Translations under genes and position numbers: made by a program
NCBI RefSeq assembly: GCF_009914755.1
Contig: NC_060937.1
Origin: the human T2T-CHM13v2.0 reference genome, Homo sapiens
Direction: 5' to 3' (one strand)
DNA: 64,000 bases
Part shown: positions 58,690 through 64,000 of the stretch, in pieces
How the letters are laid out: each line of letters starts with the position of its first letter
Numbering within the stretch: the first letter of the stretch is position 1
The notes under the pieces: generated by a model
What the model was told of the DNA's origin: nothing
What the model saw: the letters and a program-made list of their open reading frames with translations, nothing else
Databases searched by the model: none

Positions 58690-59106
58690 GTTATTTCCAT
58701 TGTTTCCATTTTGTATTGCTATAAAAGAATACCTGAGGCTGGGTAATTTATAAAGAAAAGAGGTTTATTTGGCTCACAGTTCTGTGGGCTGTACAAGAAA
58801 CGTGGTGCCAGCTCTGCTTCCAGTGAGGCCTCAGGAAACTTTTACCCATGGTGGAAGGCAGAGAGGAGCCATTGTATTATACGGTGAGAGAGGGGGCAAG
58901 AGAGAGTGAGAGAGGTCCCAGACTCTTTTTAACAAACAGATCTTGGGTGCACTCATTACTATGAACTTATTACCACTGAGAGAACACAAAGCCATTCATG
59001 AGGAATTGCCCCCATGATCCAATCACCTCCCACTAGGCTGCACTTTCAACATTGGGGATTACATGTCAATATGAGATTTGGAGGGTACAAACATCCAAAA
59101 TATACT
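58690..59106 (-). mobile_element. MSTB-like MaLR solo LTR
   Basis: ttgctataaaagaatacctgaggctgggtaatttataaagaaaagagg...acaaacatccaaaatata. Confidence 0.9.
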
Positions 59107-60369
59107 GATGCATCTGTTAAATATCATATTACAAATTCAGACTATTTAACAGCAGATCAAAGTGCTTAAGTGAGAAGAAGATAGTGGATAGCTGTATCTC
59201 TGATGTTCATATAGATGAGACACAGAATAAGAGAAATGGTAAGAGCAGTTGCTTAGGCTGTTAGGGTATTGTTAGTTATTGTTCTTTTCTAATTTAGTAT
59301 CTCATTATTAAAGGAAACACAAGTTTTAATCCCTATCACACAGTGGGAAAGCCAGAAAAAGAAACCTACATGTAAGTACAAAGTGACTGAGATATATAAA
59401 AGTAGATAATTTAGGGCTAAAGTGATAGAAGTTTTGTCATAAAGATGAAAAATCTGGGAGATTATGGAATCAATTATGGAAACCTTCATAAAATAAAGAG
59501 GTTTGAGACAAATTTTAAAAGAAGGGAAGGATATTATTGTGTGGTAAAGAGTAGTGACAAAGTCATTCATAAGCCTTCATTGTTCTTAGGCTTCGAAAAG
59601 TCTAATGTTGTGGCAAGAAAATCCTTAGTGTGTCAGAGAACATTTGGTGCTGGGCTGATGTCACATAAGCTAAAAATCACTATAAAATGGGAAAATAGGG
59701 AAAATTCACAGCATAATCATTTTATCAGATTTATTCTGGAAAAAAACCCTTCTACTTTCTCTTCATTAGTTTTAGTTCACTATTGGGTCATAGTCTTTTT
59801 CAAAAATTGCTTCATTTCCTTTTGATTTCACTTATGTGACTTCTCATATTTAATGTTACCTTATATAAAAAGCAATTGCTGGCTATCAAATTAATGTGAC
59901 TGTGTCCTTAGACATAACTGATTTTTCTGTGGCTATGATTAATACTGAATGATTCACTGATATTAAAAGTGGTACCCATTTATTAGCATTTTTCCTTTGA
60001 GATCAACTCCAAGGAGGCAAAAGCAAAGTAACAGTTATCCTTCAATAGCTTTGTCCTGGAACCAACAGGCTACATCGTAGTTTAAACTGTGATACAAATG
60101 GTATTTTTCTTGGCTACTGTCTATTCCATTTCTGCATTCTTTTAGTGGAGAGTTCCCTGTTCTAGCAGTCAATAGAATCAACACCATTGTTTCACCCTCT
60201 CTTCTTCTCCATCAAAATCTATTACTCTACGTCTGCTTCCTCTGTGGGTCCACTCCATCAACAGTCAAGATTCAAGCTAAGTGTCAAATCTAGGAATAAG
60301 ATTTTATTTATTTTATTGAAGGACATTTCATTTACTCCAGAACTACTGTATGTTTCCTATTTTATTTCC

Positions 60370-60570
60370 ATTTAGGAAACATTGATTGAACATTTAGAAT
60401 ACATTGGAAACAAAACTGACTCAGCAGACATAACGATAAATTTTACATTTTCCCTGGTTTCAATGAGCATGTAATACTGTAGGAAGAAATATTTGTAAAC
60501 TGATAAACTATATTGTAATAAGAAGAGCGATAATAGTTATAAACAAAATATCATGGGGAAAGGGCTTTAA
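60370..60570 (-). mobile_element. Possible L2 3' fragment
   Basis: aaacattgattgaacatt...ccctggtttcaatgagc weakly resembles the reverse L2 tail. Confidence 0.35.
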
Positions 60571-61388
60571 AAATGAATACAATATTTAAATATTTGCAAC
60601 ATATATTTTCACAATCTGTAAAATGTATTTGTAATTTAAAAATATAAAACTAGTATTTATAACAGTAATGATTTCTAACAATAAATTGCATTGCTAGATT
60701 CTATTATTAATTCTGATAGATTAAAAATCTCATTATATTTTTGAGACAACTCTCTAAAGGATGAATTACTCTATTTTGTTCCATCATTATAGTAAATTAT
60801 GTCAAAACATTTTAAAAAGTCAAATCATCTTTACATTTTTGTATTTTGAGGGATAATTGTATGTGGTCGGAATGTATCACATATAAACACACACATTTTT
60901 ACTGAAGTCAACTTACTAGTATTTTATATAAGAAGTTTGAAGTTGTGTTAATTAAATCTTAGATATGTCTATTTTAGGAGTTCTTAAGGAACTGATTTTG
61001 GATTTTCTTTATCTTTATTGTACCTATGTTACTTGTTTACATTTGTGTATTATTACCATTCTTATACTTCAGGCTTAATCTGCTAGGCTTTTTCTAATTT
61101 TTTGAATTGGACATTTTTATAATTTTGCTTGTGCATACATGAGGTCATAGCAGTTGTCAAAATATACATTTATATTCATGTACATCAAAGGCCACTATCC
61201 TAAGCTGCTACCCTTCAGTGATCCTGCAAGTCACCAGCCATCCAGATCTCTTTCCTGGAACTTCTACCTGTCCAGACTTCCAGACATAGCCAGGATTTAG
61301 GTGAGACATGTCACATAATCCAGCAAAATCAGTGATAAAGAAAAAAATAACACTTCATGAAATATTTTTTACAATAGAAATTAATACT

Positions 61389-64000
61389 GGGACAAGAGCC
61401 AAGATGGCTGACTGCATGCTGCCAAGAATAGCTTCTCCAACCTATTGAGAGACCAGACCATGAAGACTGGCACACTCCAAGCAGATTTTCAGAAGGAAGC
61501 CATTGGGAATAAATAGAGGAAGGCCACAGATCCTACCCTGAAAGGGGAGGAGGCTGGGAATGCTGCACAATATTGCTGAGTGCCAGGATGTACTTCTTGT
61601 CCTGGGCAGCTCCTAGGGAAAGCATGAGTCAAATAGGCATGAGTGGCCAAATATCACCACAGACCTCTGGAATCCTAGCTGAAGGGGAACTGATGACCCC
61701 TGTGGACATTTGAGTTGGCAGAGAGCTGCTTAGAGAGTTGGCAGGGACAGGACTCTAAGTGGTGTAGAGCCTACAGGGTTTGGCATGGAAATGGCAGCAG
61801 TGGCACATGGCTGGGGACATCCATACCCCAAGGTTCACCATGCTCCTCTAGGTGGCTTGGGCCTTTGTTGACTATTAGACATGGGTGGAACAGGACTGTC
61901 TGCTCATGGGATGGGGACAGTCTGATCTGAGAGCCCCCTGTCTGCTGGCCTCTCCCAGTAGTGCAGTCTGAGATCTCCAACTGTGGCATTTCCCAGTGGT
62001 CACTGCCATATCTTCACTGGCAGATACCACCAAATCATCAGAGAGCTTCTGCAGATGGGCCACTCCCAGCATGCACCTGCTGACAGCAGCCCACACTGCT
62101 TCGCCAGTGTGCTTTTGCTCACAGCCTTCTTGTACCACTTCGTTGGTGATTGAAAGCATGAAGCTCACTGCCACTTCCCCAGTGAAGTACTTTTGCCAGC
62201 ACGCCCCCTTAAGAGGGTTGTTACCAGTGGACTGGGAATACCTCAGCCCCTCCAGTGAAACAGGATCCTTGAGGAGCCAAAGAACAAAGCTGTGGGCCTG
62301 GTCCCAGTCCCCCAGGGTTAGAGCATGCAGCCCAAGAGTGCCGATCTGAGCCTTAGCCCCCTGTGAAATTGTCCAGAAATGAATCCAGTCAACTGAATCC
62401 AATTTATACCACATCAAATACACAAGGGCATCACAGAATATAAAACCAATAAGCCCCATCCAAAGTATAGCAACTTGAAAGATTACAGGATCATTAGCCC
62501 ACACAGATGAGAAAGAACCAGTGCAAGAACTCTGGCAACTTAAAAAACCAGAGTGTCTTCTTACCTCCAAATCATTGTGCTACTTCCCCAGAAATAGTTC
62601 TCAACCACACTGAAATGACAGACAGAACATTCAGAATCTGAATAGAAATGAAGATCATCAAGATTCAGGAGAAACTTAAAACCCAATCCAAGAAATCAAA
62701 GGAAGCCAGGAAAACAATATAAGAGCTGAAAGACAAAATAGCCATTTTTAAGAAAGAACCTAAACTGATCTGATAGAGCTGAAAACTCACTACAAGAATT
62801 TCATAATACTTATAAGTATAAAATCATAATAGACCAAGCTGAGGAAAGAATCTCAGAACTCAAAGATCAGTTCTTTGAATCAACTCAGTCAGACCAAAAT
62901 AAAGAAAAAAATTTAAAAAGAATTAAGAAAACCTTCAAGAAATATGAGATTATGTAAAGAAACAAAACCTACAACTCAGTGGCATCCCTGAAAGAGGGGA
63001 GAGAGCAAGCAACTTGGAAAAAATATTTGAGGATATTGTTCAAGAAAATTTCCCCAAACTCACTAGAGAGGTCAACATTCAAATTCAAGAAATTCAGCAA
63101 AGCTCTGGGAGACACTATACAAAATGACCATTCCCAAGACAAATAGTCATCAGATTCTTAAAGGTCAGTGAGTAAGAAAAAAATATTTAAGGTAGCTAGA
63201 GAGAAGGGGAAAGGTTCTCTTCAAAGGGAACCCCATCAGGCTAACAGTGGACCTTTCAGTGGACAGCCTACAAGCCAGAAGAGAATGATTGCCTATGTTC
63301 AGCATCCTGAAAGAAAATAAATTTCAACCAAGAATTTCATATCCAGCCAAAATAAGCTTCATAAAATAGTTTTCAGAGAAGCAAATACTAACAGAATTTG
63401 TTACCACCAGACCTGCTTTAGAAGATGTCCTTAAGAGAATGGTAGACACGGAAACAAGGGACGGTAGCCAGCCATGACAAAAATACAATTTAGTACATAG
63501 ACCATTGACATTATGAAGCAACCATATAAACAAGTCTACATAACAACCAGCTAACAACATAATGACAAGGTCAAATATACACACATCAGTATAAACTTGA
63601 ACATAAATGAGATAAACAGCCCATTTGAAAGATACAGACTGACACATTGGATAAAGAAGCAAAACCCAATGGTATGCTATCTTCAAGATACCCATCTCAC
63701 ATGCAATGATACTCATAGGCTCAAAGCAAAGGCTAAAAAAAGAGCAGGTTGCTATCCTTATTTCAGACAAAACAGACTTTAAATCAACAGTGCTTTTCTT
63801 TTTGAATAAAGGCTTAAATTTAACAAGAAGACTTAATTATTCTAAATGTATATGTACCCAACACTGGAACATCCATATTCATAAAACAAGTTTCTAGAGA
63901 CCTATAAATACACTTAGATAACCACATAATAATAGTGGAAGACTTAAATACCCTACTAATAGTGTTAGATAGATCAATGAGGCAGAAAACTAACCAAGAT
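61389..64000 (+). mobile_element. Old primate L1 (L1PA15/16-like) 5'UTR, ORF1 and ORF2 start; runs off the window end
   Basis: agagccaagatggctgac start; ORF1 region similar to 3768-4760; ORF2 start atgacaaggtcaaat at 63562 with CYLQDTHL and VAILISDKTDFK. Confidence 0.9.

Noticed and set aside
61875-62570. 231-aa minus-strand ORF
   Set aside because: Antisense to an old L1 5'UTR, non-ATG start, no recognisable homology; probably chance

Overview
Primate (most likely human) AT-rich genomic DNA with no recognisable protein-coding gene, RNA gene or CRISPR array. Most of the window is transposable-element sequence: a full-length L1PA3-type element with target-site duplications (TSDs), older L1PA15-like and L1MA2-like copies, L1M relics, about nine Alus, MaLR/ERV1/ERVL LTRs, a truncated MER57-type provirus, MER20/MER82 DNA transposons, MIRs and microsatellites. 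The long ORFs I can recognise are decayed L1 ORF1/ORF2 pieces; the remainder look like chance ORFs. I found no evidence of a new biological system. The best observations are structural: (1) a ~410-bp inversion that splits one Alu and its host LTR; (2) an intact antisense ORF0 and a retained ZNF93-binding segment in the L1PA3 5'UTR; (3) a 29-bp-arm inverted repeat in an MLT2A LTR; (4) ~280-bp tandem monomers in an old L1 5'UTR; (5) a possible short orphan retrocopy. Subfamily names come from recalled consensus sequences, not a RepeatMasker run, and boundaries of old elements are approximate.
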